A DNA stretch of 64,000 bases from Thermomonas sp. (GTDB lineage: Bacteria > Pseudomonadota > Gammaproteobacteria > Xanthomonadales > Xanthomonadaceae). Position numbers and translations under genes: made by a program. The notes under the pieces were generated by a model. That model searched no databases. It worked only from the letters and a program-made list of their open reading frames with translations, and was not told the DNA's origin. Of the stretch, positions 26,482-37,655 are shown piece after piece (within the stretch, counting starts at the first letter, position 1; the number at the start of each line of letters is the position of its first letter). Location of the stretch: positions 2,279-66,278 of the forward strand of contig NZ_JAQSDO010000005.1 of the NCBI RefSeq assembly GCF_029945965.1. Reading direction: 5' to 3'.

Positions 26482-28998
26482 TCAGAAAATGTCGAACGCT
26501 TCCTCGTCCGGCTGCGCATTCGGGTCGACGTCGGGCTCGGTATAGCTTTCCATCCGATCCAGGTCCTCGGCCTTGACCCACTCGACCACGCTGCCGTTAG
26601 CCCCGGGCAGCAGCTTGCCGCCGGCGCTGACGCTCACCTGGACCATGCCAGCGGGCGGATCGGGATTGCGTTCCGGCTGGTCCTTGAGCGCGACCCGCAT
26701 GAAGTTGATCCAGATCGGCAGCGCTGCCTTGCCACCGTACTCGCGGTAGCCAAGCGAGCGGAAATCGTCGCGACCGACCCAGACCGTGGTCACGTACGGC
26801 CCGCCGAAGCCGGAAAACCAGGCGTCACGGTGGTCATTGGTCGAGCCGGTCTTGCCGCCAACGTCGTCACGGCCCAATACCCTGGCTGCGGTGGCGGTGC
26901 CGCGACGAACCACGTCGCGCATCATCGATTGCATCTGGAAGGCGACGCGTGGATCGATCGCACGGGGCGCGACCACCATGTCCGGATTGATCGGCTTGGC
27001 TGGGGCTGGTGTCGCGCTAGCGGTTGCTTTGCTGGTACCCGCGCTGGAAGCAGTTGCGATGGCTGCTGGCGCGCTGGCGGTCGGGCTGAGGTCGAATCCG
27101 GCCACCTCGGTTTGCGCTACCGTCGCGGCGGCTTGTCCGGGCTGCTGTACCACCGTGCATTGCGGGCAGGCGGTGGGTGGGTTTTCCTTGAAGACTTCCT
27201 TGCCATCGCGGTCGCGGATGCTTTCGATGAAATACGGCGTGGTCAGGAAACCGCCATTGGCGAAGGCGGTATAGCCGCGCGCCACCGAAAGCGGGGTCAG
27301 CGAGGCAGAGCCCAGCGACATCGACAGGTTGGGCGGCAGGCTGGCCTCATCGAAGCCGAAATGGCTGATGTAACGGCGCGCATAGTCCACCCCGATCGCG
27401 TCCAGCAGGCGCACCGAGACCAGGTTGCGCGACTGCACCAGGGCTTCGCGCAGGCGCATCGGCCCGGCAAAGTTGCCGCTGTCGTTCTGCGGGCGCCACA
27501 TGTGGCCGCGGCGATCCTTGAACACCACCGGTGCGTCCAGCACGATCGACGCCGGGTTGAAGCCGCGCTCGAACGCGGCGGCGTACAGGAACGGCTTGAA
27601 GCTCGATCCAGGTTGTCGACGGGCTTGGGTGGCGCGGTTGAACTTGCTGCCGGCGTAGCTGAACCCGCCGACCAGCGCGCGCAGCGCACCAGTGTCGGCA
27701 TCCAGCGAAACCAGCGCGGTTTGCGCACGCGGCAACTGGTCCAGTACCCAGGTCGGCTCGGCGTCGGACTTGCTGCCAGTGTCGCGCCGGACGCGCACGA
27801 CATCGCCGCGTTGTGCGAGCGAAGCGATCGATTTTCCGGTCCAGCCGGTTGCGGCGCTGCCGAGGGTCAGTTGGCTGGCATCGGCCAGCACCACCTGCAG
27901 TCCGGCGCTGCTGCTGCCGGTCACGACCGCAGGCAACAACCCGCCCTGCGGTGGGATCCTGCGCAGCTTGGCGGCGATCGCCTTCGCATCCATGCCATCG
28001 TCGAGCTCCACCTTCTGCTCGGGCGTGCGCCAGCCATGGCGATGGTCGTAGACGCGCAGACCTTCGATGATCGCGCTGACCGCGGCGGCCTGCAGGTCGG
28101 GGTCGATGGTGGTGGTGACGTGGTAACCCTTGCTCAGCACATCGCCACCAAAGCGGGCGATCATTTCCTGGCGGACCATCTCTGCGACGTATGGCGCATG
28201 CACCTCGATCGTGCGCTCGTGCGGCGCAGCGTGCATCGGTACTGTCTTGGCGGCCGCTGCCTCGCTGGCGCTGACGAAGCCTAGTTCGGCCATCCGCGGC
28301 AGGATGTAGTGATCGCGGCGTTCGCGATTGCGCTCCGGATTATCCAGCGGGTTGCCGCTGGACGGGAACTTGGGCGTGCCTGCCAGGGTGGCGATCTCGT
28401 CCAGGCTCAGTTCATCGAGTTTCTTGCCGTAGTAGTACTCGGCGGCCGCGGCCACACCGTAGGCGCGATTGCCGAAGAAGCTCTTGTTGAGGTACAGGCC
28501 AAGGATTTCGTCCTTGCTCAGTTCGCGCTCCATCTTCATCGCCAGCAGCATTTCGGCGAATTTGCGCCGGAAGCTGTACTCGGAGCTGAGGAAAAACTGC
28601 TTGGCGACCTGTTGGGTAATGGTTGAGCCGCCGGCAACGCGCTCCTGCCCACCAGTCTTGGCCAGCAACCAGACCGCACGCGCCACGCCGGTGAAGTCCA
28701 CTCCATGGTGCTCGTAGAAATTCGCGTCCTCGGCGGCCAGGAACGCCTGCTTGACCCGTGGCGGCACGTCCCGGATATCCACCGGATACCGGCGCATCTC
28801 GCCGAACAGGCCTATCAGGCGGCCATCGCGCGCATAGACATACATTGGTTCCTGCAGCTCGATGTTGCGCAGGGACTGCACGTCCGGCAGCCGCGCAGAG
28901 ACTACATAAACCAGGATTCCGGCGGTAATGGCGCCGATCAGCGCAAGTGTGACAGAGCCCAGCAAAATCCAGCGTAGGGGGCGGGGGAGGCGGGGCAT
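26482..28998 (-). CDS. mrcA: Penicillin-binding protein 1A
   Basis: Transglycosylase motifs [12 protein letters not shown] and GGSTITQQ; transpeptidase motifs SSFK, SRN and GKTG; divergent from pilM. Confidence 0.96.
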   Translation of the reverse strand: MPRLPRPLRWILLGSVTLALIGAITAGILVYVVSARLPDVQSLRNIELQEPMYVYARDGRLIGLFGEMRRYPVDIRDVPPRVKQAFLAAEDANFYEHHGVDFTGVARAVWLLAKTGGQERVAGGSTITQQVAKQFFLSSEYSFRRKFAEMLLAMKMERELSKDEILGLYLNKSFFGNRAYGVAAAAEYYYGKKLDELSLDEIATLAGTPKFPSSGNPLDNPERNRERRDHYILPRMAELGFVSASEAAAAKTVPMHAAPHERTIEVHAPYVAEMVRQEMIARFGGDVLSKGYHVTTTIDPDLQAAAVSAIIEGLRVYDHRHGWRTPEQKVELDDGMDAKAIAAKLRRIPPQGGLLPAVVTGSSSAGLQVVLADASQLTLGSAATGWTGKSIASLAQRGDVVRVRRDTGSKSDAEPTWVLDQLPRAQTALVSLDADTGALRALVGGFSYAGSKFNRATQARRQPGSSFKPFLYAAAFERGFNPASIVLDAPVVFKDRRGHMWRPQNDSGNFAGPMRLREALVQSRNLVSVRLLDAIGVDYARRYISHFGFDEASLPPNLSMSLGSASLTPLSVARGYTAFANGGFLTTPYFIESIRDRDGKEVFKENPPTACPQCTVVQQPGQAAATVAQTEVAGFDLSPTASAPAAIATASSAGTSKATASATPAPAKPINPDMVVAPRAIDPRVAFQMQSMMRDVVRRGTATAARVLGRDDVGGKTGSTNDHRDAWFSGFGGPYVTTVWVGRDDFRSLGYREYGGKAALPIWINFMRVALKDQPERNPDPPAGMVQVSVSAGGKLLPGANGSVVEWVKAEDLDRMESYTEPDVDPNAQPDEEAFDIF

Positions 28999-29160
28999 TG
29001 CACAACTTCCGATTGCGACAGGCGTGGTCGCGGAGTATAGAGTAGGCCTCCGTCATGAACGGGCTGCGGGGGGCGGCCGGTTTCCACGGTTATAGTCGTT
29101 GAATGGATGCAGGTACGGGGCGAATGCGGTGGTTTGGACAGTGGCGATTTGTCAAATGGG

Positions 29161-29189
29161 TTGCCAATGTGTGAAAAGTCCGTTATTCA
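29161..29189 (+). promoter_or_regulatory. Possible sigma70 promoter of pilMNOPQ
   Basis: TTGCCA-N17-TATTCA in an AT-richer patch about 50 nt upstream of pilM. Confidence 0.4.
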
Positions 29190-29215
29190 TGTACTGAAGC
29201 ACCAAGTGCGCGTAA

Positions 29216-30297
<1,082 letters not shown>

Positions 30298-30298
<1 letters not shown>

Positions 30299-30924
30299 TG
30301 GCCAAGATCAATCTCCTCCCGTGGCGTGAAGAACGCCGAAAGCTCCGCCAGAAAGATTTCTACGGAATGCTTGGGCTGGCGGCGCTGGCCGGCGTGCTGG
30401 TTTCGTTCCTGATCGTCAGCTACTACAACGGCCGGATCGGCAGCCAGAATTCACGAAACCAGTATCTGCACGCCGAAATCACCAAGGTTGACGGACAGAT
30501 CAAAGAGATCACCGAACTCGACCAGAAGAAGAACCGGCTGCTTGCCCGAAAGGAAGTGATCGAACAGCTACAGGCCAATCGTTCGCAGATGGTGCACCTG
30601 TTCGATTCACTGGTGCGTACCATTCCTGATGGCGTGACGTTGAGCGCGATCAAGCAGGAGGGCGACATCCTGACCCTCACTGGCCGATCCCAGTCCAATG
30701 CGCGCGTCAGTACTTATATGCGCACCTTGGAGGGATCGGGTTGGATGAGCAAGCCTGACCTCAATATCATCGAGGCCAAGGCTGGCAATCCTGGTCTGCC
30801 GTATGAGTTCAATCTCAAGGTCAAGCTGGTCAATCCGAATGCGCCCAAGGAAGGCGAGGATGCCGGCAAGCCTGCCGCCGCACCTGCCAGTGCCACACCA
30901 GCAGCAGGAGGAACCTCATCGTGA
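30298..30924 (+). CDS. pilN: Type IV pilus assembly protein PilN
   Basis: INLLPWREE N-terminal motif, followed by a TM segment and coiled coil. Confidence 0.96.
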
Positions 30925-31595
30925 GCAACAAACAGCTCAGCCTGCGTGAACTGGATATCAACAACATCGGCTCGTGGCCGCAGAACGCCAAGATCGGTTT
31001 CTGCGCACTCCTTTCCCTGCTGATTATCGCCCTTGCCTGGTGGCTGTTCGTCAGCGACAAGCGCACGGAGCTCGAAACTCTGCAGGGTCAGGAAAGCGAC
31101 TTGCGTACCGAGTTCGAAACCAAGCAGGGTCGCGCGGCAAACCTGGAACCGTTGAAGCAGCAACTGGCCCAGATGGAACAGCAGTTGCAGCAGATGCTGC
31201 GCCAGCTGCCCAGCAAGACCGAAATGCCCGACCTGATCGTCGACATTTCACAGACCGCGCTGGCGACTGGCATCAACAATGAGCTTTTCCAGCCTGGTCC
31301 GGAAACTCCGAAGGAGTTCTATGCGGAGAAGCCAATCGCGCTACGCATGGTGGGTACCTATCACCAGTTCGGTGCGTTCGTCAGTGGCGTCGCATCATTG
31401 CCGCGCGTGGTGATCATGACCATGCACGACATCTCGCTGAAGCCTGTGGACACCACTGGTGGCAGGATTGGTCCGAACAGCCCGCTGGAGCTATCCGGCA
31501 CGGTCAAGACCTATCGTTACCTGGATGAGGAAGAGTCTGCCGACCAGGCTACAGCCGCAACGCCCGCTGCGGCACCCGCGAAGGGAGGTGGCTGA
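30921..31595 (+). CDS. pilO: Type IV pilus assembly protein PilO
   Basis: IGSWP, LPSKTEMPDLIVDIS and EFYAEKPIALRMVGTYHQFGAF. Confidence 0.96.
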   Translation: MSNKQLSLRELDINNIGSWPQNAKIGFCALLSLLIIALAWWLFVSDKRTELETLQGQESDLRTEFETKQGRAANLEPLKQQLAQMEQQLQQMLRQLPSKTEMPDLIVDISQTALATGINNELFQPGPETPKEFYAEKPIALRMVGTYHQFGAFVSGVASLPRVVIMTMHDISLKPVDTTGGRIGPNSPLELSGTVKTYRYLDEEESADQATAATPAAAPAKGGG

Positions 31596-31596
31596 G

Positions 31597-32127
31597 ATGC
31601 GCACTGATCACATCCGCAATCGCCGTCCATCCTTGCATCTGATAGCAGTCATGGCGGTTTGCGCCGCGCTGGCTGCCTGTGCCGGTGGCAACAACGATTT
31701 GCAGAAATGGGTGGCCGAGGTCAAGGCACGTCCGGCGCCCCCGCTTACTCCATTGCCGGTGATGCAGCAGTTCGAGACGTTTGAGTATGCCGCGCAGAAT
31801 CTTCGCGATCCTTTCAGCGAGGAGTTCAATGGTGCGAACAGCAGTGGCCCGCGGCCTGATCCAGGCCGGCGCAAGCAGACGCTGGAGCAGTTCCCGCTGG
31901 ATAGCCTCAACATGGTGGGCACCATCGGTCTCGGTGCTGGCGCGGTTGCGCTGGTAATGGCGCCTGACAAGGTGACCTATCGGGTGCGCCCAGGCGTGTA
32001 CTTGGGGCAGAGTGATGGGCGGGTAACCGCCGTGTATGAAGACCGGGTCGAATTGATCGAACTGGTTCCGGATGGCGCGGGTGGCTGGTTGGAACGGCCT
32101 GCGACCATTGCGCTCGAAGACAATTGA
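31597..32127 (+). CDS. pilP: Type IV pilus lipoprotein PilP
   Basis: Lipobox LAAC, LRDPF, LEQFPLDSL and YRVRPGVYLGQSDG. Confidence 0.94.
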   Translation: MRTDHIRNRRPSLHLIAVMAVCAALAACAGGNNDLQKWVAEVKARPAPPLTPLPVMQQFETFEYAAQNLRDPFSEEFNGANSSGPRPDPGRRKQTLEQFPLDSLNMVGTIGLGAGAVALVMAPDKVTYRVRPGVYLGQSDGRVTAVYEDRVELIELVPDGAGGWLERPATIALEDN

Positions 32128-32142
32128 TTAGGGGATAGACCG

Positions 32143-34122
32143 ATGATCGTCACCAACGCCAAGAGCCAGCGGCCTGTCCGGCGCCCCTTGTCCCTTCGCG
32201 CCTGTGCGATCGGGGTCGCGCTGGGCCTGTATGCCGCGACCGCCGGCGCACTACCGGTATCCACTGCCACCGTGACAATGGGGCAATCCGCGACCGGAGC
32301 CATGGCGGATCCCGCCAAGCGCCTGCCAGGCGCGGTGACCGTGTCCGCAATCGACTTCAAGCGTGGCGATGGCGGCTCCGGCAAGTTGATCCTGCGCTTC
32401 AGCGGGGAAGGTGCCGCGCCAGACCTGCGCAACATGGGTTCCAGCGTGGTGGTTGATATCGGCAATGCGCAGTTACCGGCATCGCTGCAGCGCCCGATCA
32501 ACGTCACTGATTTCGCGACGCCAGTTCAACGCATCGATGCGAGGGCGACCAGCAATGGCGCGCAACTTGTGCTCAATACCAAGGGCACCTTCGAGTCGAT
32601 GGCGTACCAGAGTGGCAACGAATACATCGTGGAAGTTGTACCGCGTGCGGCACCGGTGGCCACCAAGGCACGCGCAGGTGCTCCTGCCATGGGCGCCGCG
32701 TCGATGGGCGCGACCAGCAGCACCTCCGATGTCCACTACAGCGGCAAGGCGGTGACCTTCAACTTCCAGGACGTGCCGGTCCGGACTGTGCTGCAACTGA
32801 TTGCCGAGGAATCCAACCTCAATATCGTTGCCGCCGACACCGTACAGGGCAACGTGACCTTGCGCTTGATCAATGTGCCGTGGGATCAGGCGCTGGACAT
32901 CGTGCTGCAGGCCAAATCGCTGGACAAGCGTCGTAGTGGCAATGTGGTCTGGGTCGCCCCACAGAAGGAAATCGCGCAATTCGAGCAGGACAAGGAAGAC
33001 GCGCGCATCAATCTGGAACAGCGTGCCGAAAAGGTCACCGAATACATCCCGGTGAACTATGCCAATGCAGAAGACATCGCCAACCTGCTGACCGAGGGTG
33101 CCAAAGGCAGCCAGCAGGGTGGAGGCCAAGGCGGCGGCGGGGCCAATGGCGGCCAACTGGATCGCGGCTTCCTGTCCCAGCGCGGCAGCATCAGCTTCGA
33201 CAAGCGCACCAATACGTTGTTGGTGATCGACATCCCTGAGCGCGTCGCCAACATCCACGACTTGGTGAACAAGCTGGACAAGCCGGTTGACCAGGTGGTG
33301 ATCGAGGCGCGGATCGTGATTGCCAATGAAAGTGTGGCCCGTGAACTGGGGGCCAGGTTCGGGATCTCGGGTAGCGCAAATAGTGGCAAGGGCTACTTCA
33401 GCAACAGTATCGAGAACAACATCCTGACGCAGAACTCGCTCGCCAATGCAAACAATCTGAACAACAACAGCACCACTCCGCCCAATCCGCCAATCCTGCC
33501 GTCAATCACCCGTGGCCTGATGTCGAACCTGCCAGCCACTCTGCAGAATCCGGCCGGCTCGTTGGCGCTGTCCATCCTGAATGCCGGCTATGCGTTGGAC
33601 ATGGAGCTTTCGGCCATCCAGGAGCAGGGCCGTGCTGAAGTCATCTCCAACCCGCGCATCGTCACCAGCAGCCAGAAGGAGGCGGTGATCCGCCAGGGCA
33701 AGGAAATCGGTTACTTGACCGTAACTGGCGGCCAGAGCGGCTCCATCCCGACGGTGCAGTTCAAGGAAGCCCTGCTTGAACTCAAGGTGACCCCCACCAT
33801 CACCAATGACGGACGCGTGTTCCTGAACCTTGCGATCAAGAAGGACGAGCTGGATGGCTTCATCAGTGTAGGTGCTTTCGGACAGGTGCCGCAGATCGCC
33901 AAGCGTGAAGTCAATACCGCCGTGCTTATCGAGGATGGCCAGACTGTGGTTATCGGTGGCGTATACGAGTTCAGCGACCGCACGGACATCGCGAAGGTGC
34001 CGTTCCTGGGGGACATCCCGTTCATCGGCAACCTGTTCCGCAACAAGAACCGCACCAAGACCAAGGCGGAGTTGCTGATCTTCGTGACCCCCAAGGTCAT
34101 GCGCGTCGCCCAGCGCAACTGA
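32143..34122 (+). CDS. pilQ: Type IV pilus secretin PilQ
   Basis: N0 domain VTFNFQDVPVRTVLQLIAE, QVVIEARIV, LKVTPTIT, VPFLGDIPFIGNLF and ELLIFVTP. Confidence 0.96.
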   Translation: MIVTNAKSQRPVRRPLSLRACAIGVALGLYAATAGALPVSTATVTMGQSATGAMADPAKRLPGAVTVSAIDFKRGDGGSGKLILRFSGEGAAPDLRNMGSSVVVDIGNAQLPASLQRPINVTDFATPVQRIDARATSNGAQLVLNTKGTFESMAYQSGNEYIVEVVPRAAPVATKARAGAPAMGAASMGATSSTSDVHYSGKAVTFNFQDVPVRTVLQLIAEESNLNIVAADTVQGNVTLRLINVPWDQALDIVLQAKSLDKRRSGNVVWVAPQKEIAQFEQDKEDARINLEQRAEKVTEYIPVNYANAEDIANLLTEGAKGSQQGGGQGGGGANGGQLDRGFLSQRGSISFDKRTNTLLVIDIPERVANIHDLVNKLDKPVDQVVIEARIVIANESVARELGARFGISGSANSGKGYFSNSIENNILTQNSLANANNLNNNSTTPPNPPILPSITRGLMSNLPATLQNPAGSLALSILNAGYALDMELSAIQEQGRAEVISNPRIVTSSQKEAVIRQGKEIGYLTVTGGQSGSIPTVQFKEALLELKVTPTITNDGRVFLNLAIKKDELDGFISVGAFGQVPQIAKREVNTAVLIEDGQTVVIGGVYEFSDRTDIAKVPFLGDIPFIGNLFRNKNRTKTKAELLIFVTPKVMRVAQRN

Positions 34123-34144
34123 GTCATCGGCGACAAGTAATCCA

Positions 34145-34175
34145 CATCGGGGGCCGCAAGGCCCCCGATGCATTT
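34145..34175 (+). terminator. Hairpin/terminator after pilQ
   Basis: CATCGGGGGCC-GCAA-GGCCCCCGATG, 11-bp stem with a GNRA loop. Confidence 0.7.
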
Positions 34176-34210
34176 GGGGCGCAGGATCAAGTCCGCGCCT
34201 GGCTCGCGAC

Positions 34211-34237
34211 GAACCTTTACGGTCAATCATGGTCGAA
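34211..34237 (+). promoter_or_regulatory. Putative sigmaE (RpoE/AlgU-type) promoter of the moxR operon
   Basis: GAACCT-N16-TCGAA, 26 nt upstream of the moxR ATG. Confidence 0.5.
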
Positions 34238-34262
34238 TAGGCCAGAAAGAGCTGAGGAACCC

Positions 34263-35255
34263 ATGGATACCCCAACCGTCGATACTTCACGCCTGCATGC
34301 CTCATTCACTGCGCTGGGCGAGGACCTTGCAACCGAAATCGTCGGGCAGTCTGCCCTGATCGAACGGCTGCTGATTGCGTTGCTGGCAGATGGTCATCTG
34401 CTGGTCGAGGGCGCGCCCGGACTGGCCAAGACCACTGCGATCCGCGTATTGGCGTCCCGCCTGGATGCCGATTTCGCCCGTGTCCAGTTCACCCCCGACC
34501 TGCTGCCTGCCGACCTCACCGGCACCGAGGTCTGGCGCCCACAGGATGGTCGCTTCGAATTCCAGCCTGGCCCGATCTTCCATCCGATCCTGCTTGCGGA
34601 CGAGATCAACCGTGCCCCGGCCAAGGTGCAATCGGCGCTGCTGGAGGCGATGGGGGAACGTCAGGTCACCGTTGGACGCCAGACCTATCCGCTGCCGGCG
34701 CTGTTCCTGGTCATGGCCACCCAGAATCCGATCGAGCAGGAAGGCACGTTTCCGCTTCCCGAAGCGCAACTCGATCGTTTCCTGATGCATGTGCGCATCG
34801 GCTATCCGCAGGTCGAAGCAGAAACCGAAATCCTGCGCCTGGCCCGTGAGCGCGCCCGCCAGGCATTGCAGCCCGCACCTCGCGAAATCCAGCGCATGCC
34901 GCTTGCGGATGTATTCGCCGCGCGCACGGCTGTGCTCGACCTGCACCTGGCGCCTTCGCTGGAGCGGTACCTGATTGAGCTGGTGCTGGCATCGCGTGAT
35001 GCCAGCCGTTATGACGCCGCCCTGGGTCGGCGTATCGCCTGGGGTGCAAGTCCGCGTGGCTCGATCGCACTGGAACGATGCGCGCGCGCGCGCGCGTGGC
35101 TGGCAGGCCGCGACTTTGTGACGCCCGAGGACGTGCGTGCAGTAGCCCCGGACGTGCTTCGCCATCGCGTATTGCCGAGCTACGAGGCCACAGCCGAAGG
35201 TTGGGATGGTGACCGCCTGGTCGGCGAATTGCTGCAGCGGGTTCCGCTGCCCTGA
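34263..35255 (+). CDS. moxR: MoxR family AAA+ ATPase
   Basis: GAPGLAKT (Walker A), VQFTPDLLPAD, LADEINRAPAK, ATQNPIEQEGT and LPEAQLDRF. Confidence 0.95.
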   Translation: MDTPTVDTSRLHASFTALGEDLATEIVGQSALIERLLIALLADGHLLVEGAPGLAKTTAIRVLASRLDADFARVQFTPDLLPADLTGTEVWRPQDGRFEFQPGPIFHPILLADEINRAPAKVQSALLEAMGERQVTVGRQTYPLPALFLVMATQNPIEQEGTFPLPEAQLDRFLMHVRIGYPQVEAETEILRLARERARQALQPAPREIQRMPLADVFAARTAVLDLHLAPSLERYLIELVLASRDASRYDAALGRRIAWGASPRGSIALERCARARAWLAGRDFVTPEDVRAVAPDVLRHRVLPSYEATAEGWDGDRLVGELLQRVPLP

Positions 35256-35260
35256 GCCTG

Positions 35261-36193
35261 GTGATGGAGCAGGCACGCCAGCCAACGGACGCGGCAACCG
35301 GAATCCTGCCGACGTTGTCCGAACTCATTGCCCTGCAGGCATTGGTGCAGGGGCGGCGTGGCGCGCGGCGTGGCCAGCACGGTGTGCAGGGGCATGCCCT
35401 GTCCAGCCTGCGTGGACGCGGGATGGAATACGCGGAGTCGCGTGAATACGCGCAGGGCGACGACGCACGCCACATCGACTGGCGGCTGACTGCGCGCAGT
35501 GGCCGCACGCATACCAAGTTGTTCCAGACCGAACGCGAACGCCTGAGCCTGATCGTGGCTGATACCGCGCCGGAGCTTTATTTCGGCACACGCGTGCGTT
35601 TCAAGTCGGTGCAGGCAGCGCGTGCCGGTGCGCTGGCGGCATGGATGGCGGTACGCGATGGCGACCGCATCGCAGCGCTGCGTGGCTCGTCACGGGAAGC
35701 GCCGGTCGCACCCGCGTCCGGCCCACGCGGTGCATTGCGTGTGCTGGACGCGCTAGTGCGCTGGTATGCGCGTCCCCCCGAGAATGACGCCGGACTGGCG
35801 ACGGCGCTCGACCACGCCAGGCGCCTGCTGCGTCCCGGTTCGCGCATCGTGGTGCTGGCAGATCCCGCGAGCGTTGGCGCGATAGCGCCACAGACCTGGC
35901 CAGCACTGGCGATGCACCACGAGCTGGTGGTGTTGCTGTTGACCGATCCGATTGAACAACAACCGCCGAAGGCACGCTTGCCGTTCGCATCGGCCACTGG
36001 CCAGCGCACAGAGCTTGGATTGGATGCCGCGGTGACCCGGCAGCGTTGGCGGCAGGAATTTACAGTGCCGGTGGAAACCACGCTCGCCTTGCTGCGCAGT
36101 CGTGGCGCGCGCGCGATGGAGCTGTCCAGCGCTGACGACAGCGATGCCTGGCTGCCCCTGCTCGAACGCCCGCGCATGGTCGCTGGAAAATGA
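35261..36193 (+). CDS. DUF58 domain-containing protein
   Basis: GRGMEYAESREYAQGDDARHIDWRLTAR, the DUF58 signature; position after moxR. Confidence 0.92.
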   Translation: MMEQARQPTDAATGILPTLSELIALQALVQGRRGARRGQHGVQGHALSSLRGRGMEYAESREYAQGDDARHIDWRLTARSGRTHTKLFQTERERLSLIVADTAPELYFGTRVRFKSVQAARAGALAAWMAVRDGDRIAALRGSSREAPVAPASGPRGALRVLDALVRWYARPPENDAGLATALDHARRLLRPGSRIVVLADPASVGAIAPQTWPALAMHHELVVLLLTDPIEQQPPKARLPFASATGQRTELGLDAAVTRQRWRQEFTVPVETTLALLRSRGARAMELSSADDSDAWLPLLERPRMVAGK

Positions 36194-36642
36194 TCGCGCC
36201 ATTGAAATTGAACGACATGCATCCAGGCATCACACCCAGCTGGTGGCCGCCTGCGCCTGGGTGGTGGCTGCTGGCGGCGATCATTTTGATTGGCGTTGCC
36301 GTGCTTGTTGGCTGGCTGCTGCGCAAGCGTCGTCGCCAAGCCGCGCTGCTGCGCTTGTTCGATGAAGCCGTCGATCGCGCCGAAACCCCGTCGCAGCAGG
36401 TCGCAGCGATGTCGGAACTCCTGCGCCGCGCCGCTCGCCGTCGCGATCCCGCTGCGGACCGGCTGGAAGGCGAGGAATGGCTGTGTTTCCTCGATGACGG
36501 CTTGCCGGGCCAGCCGTTCAGCAGCGGCGCGGGTGCGCTGTTGCGTGACGGCGGTTTTCGCGCTGACGTGGCCGAGGGCGACGTCGCTGCGTTACGCATA
36601 TTGGCGCGGCGGCGCTACCTGCTGTGGATGCAGCGGCGATGA
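36190..36642 (+). CDS. DUF4381 domain membrane protein
   Basis: SWWPPAPGWWLL and LEGEEWLCFLD; typical third gene of moxR-Bat operons. Confidence 0.85.
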   Translation: MIAPLKLNDMHPGITPSWWPPAPGWWLLAAIILIGVAVLVGWLLRKRRRQAALLRLFDEAVDRAETPSQQVAAMSELLRRAARRRDPAADRLEGEEWLCFLDDGLPGQPFSSGAGALLRDGGFRADVAEGDVAALRILARRRYLLWMQRR

Positions 36643-37655
36643 GTGCGTTGCTGGCGATGTTGTCGATTGAAGGGTTCGCCTGGCCATGGTTGCTCGCAGC
36701 CTTGCCGCTGCCCTTGCTGGTGCATGTGCTGGTGCCTGCACGCAAGAATAGCGGTGCCGCACTGCGGGTGCCGTGGGCTGATCGCGTGCAGCGCATTGCT
36801 GCCGCCGGCGATGGGGCGGTGCGGGTGCATGGGTTCCGCTGGCTGGCATTCCTGGCTTGGTGCCTGCTGTGTATTGCTGCCGCGCGCCCGCAGCAACTCG
36901 GCCCGCCGATTGCGCCGCCACAAGTGGGTCGTGACTTGATGCTGGCGGTCGACCTGTCGGCGAGCATGGGCGAAGAAGACATGCAGCTCGGTGGTCGCAT
37001 GGTTGATCGGCTGACCGCGGCCAAGGCCGTGCTGTCCGATTTCCTCGACCGTCGCGCAGGCGATCGGGTTGGGTTGATCGTGTTTGGCGAACGCGCCTTT
37101 GCGCTGACTCCGCTGACCCTGGATCGCGACAGCGTGCGCGACCAGCTTGGCGACAGCGTGGTCGGGCTGGCCGGGCGCGCAACCGCGATTGGCGATGCCA
37201 TCGCGCTGGCAACCAAACGGCTTCAGCCGAAAGAACATGCGAATGGTTCTTCGAAACAGCACGTCCTGATCCTGCTTACCGACGGCGTGAACACCGCTGG
37301 CACGCTGGATCCTGAAAAGGCCGCCAAGATTGCACGAGACAGTGGTGTGCGCATCCACGCGATCGCGTTCGGTGGCAATGGCAGCAGCATGTCGGTGTTC
37401 GGTTTCCAGTTGCCCATGGGTGGCGATGATGTTGACGAGGCCGGCTTGCGGCGCATCGCTGCGTTGACGGGTGGCCGGTTCTTCCGTGCGCGCGACACCG
37501 ACGACCTGGCCGGCATCTATGCTGAAATCGACAAGCTCGAACCGTTACAACGGCAGGGCCGTGCGGTACGCCCGAAGATCGAGCGATATCCGCTGCCGCT
37601 GGGAGCAGCACTGTCGCTCGGCTTGCTTGTGCTGGTGTTGGGGCGACGTCGATGA
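36639..37655 (+). CDS. vWA domain protein (BatA-like)
   Basis: FAWPWLL, MIDAS DLSASM, TAIGDA, LLTDG and TGGRFFRARD. Confidence 0.92.
   Translation: MSALLAMLSIEGFAWPWLLAALPLPLLVHVLVPARKNSGAALRVPWADRVQRIAAAGDGAVRVHGFRWLAFLAWCLLCIAAARPQQLGPPIAPPQVGRDLMLAVDLSASMGEEDMQLGGRMVDRLTAAKAVLSDFLDRRAGDRVGLIVFGERAFALTPLTLDRDSVRDQLGDSVVGLAGRATAIGDAIALATKRLQPKEHANGSSKQHVLILLTDGVNTAGTLDPEKAAKIARDSGVRIHAIAFGGNGSSMSVFGFQLPMGGDDVDEAGLRRIAALTGGRFFRARDTDDLAGIYAEIDKLEPLQRQGRAVRPKIERYPLPLGAALSLGLLVLVLGRRR

Noticed and set aside
26990-27180. Ala/Thr/Pro-rich insertion with CPQC in PBP1A
   Set aside because: Variable low-complexity inserts at this point of PBP1A are common, and the frame is intact.
29168-29185. TGTGA half-site upstream of pilM as a Clp/CRP box
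   Set aside because: The second half (TCACA) is not present at the required spacing.
33400-33500. Asn-rich, lower-GC stretch in pilQ
   Set aside because: Falls in the variable loop of the secretin domain; the amino-acid bias explains the composition.
35080-35096. 17-nt alternating GC run in moxR (slippage or Z-DNA candidate)
   Set aside because: Encodes the ARARA motif usual in MoxR proteins, the frame is intact, and there is no evidence of phase variation.
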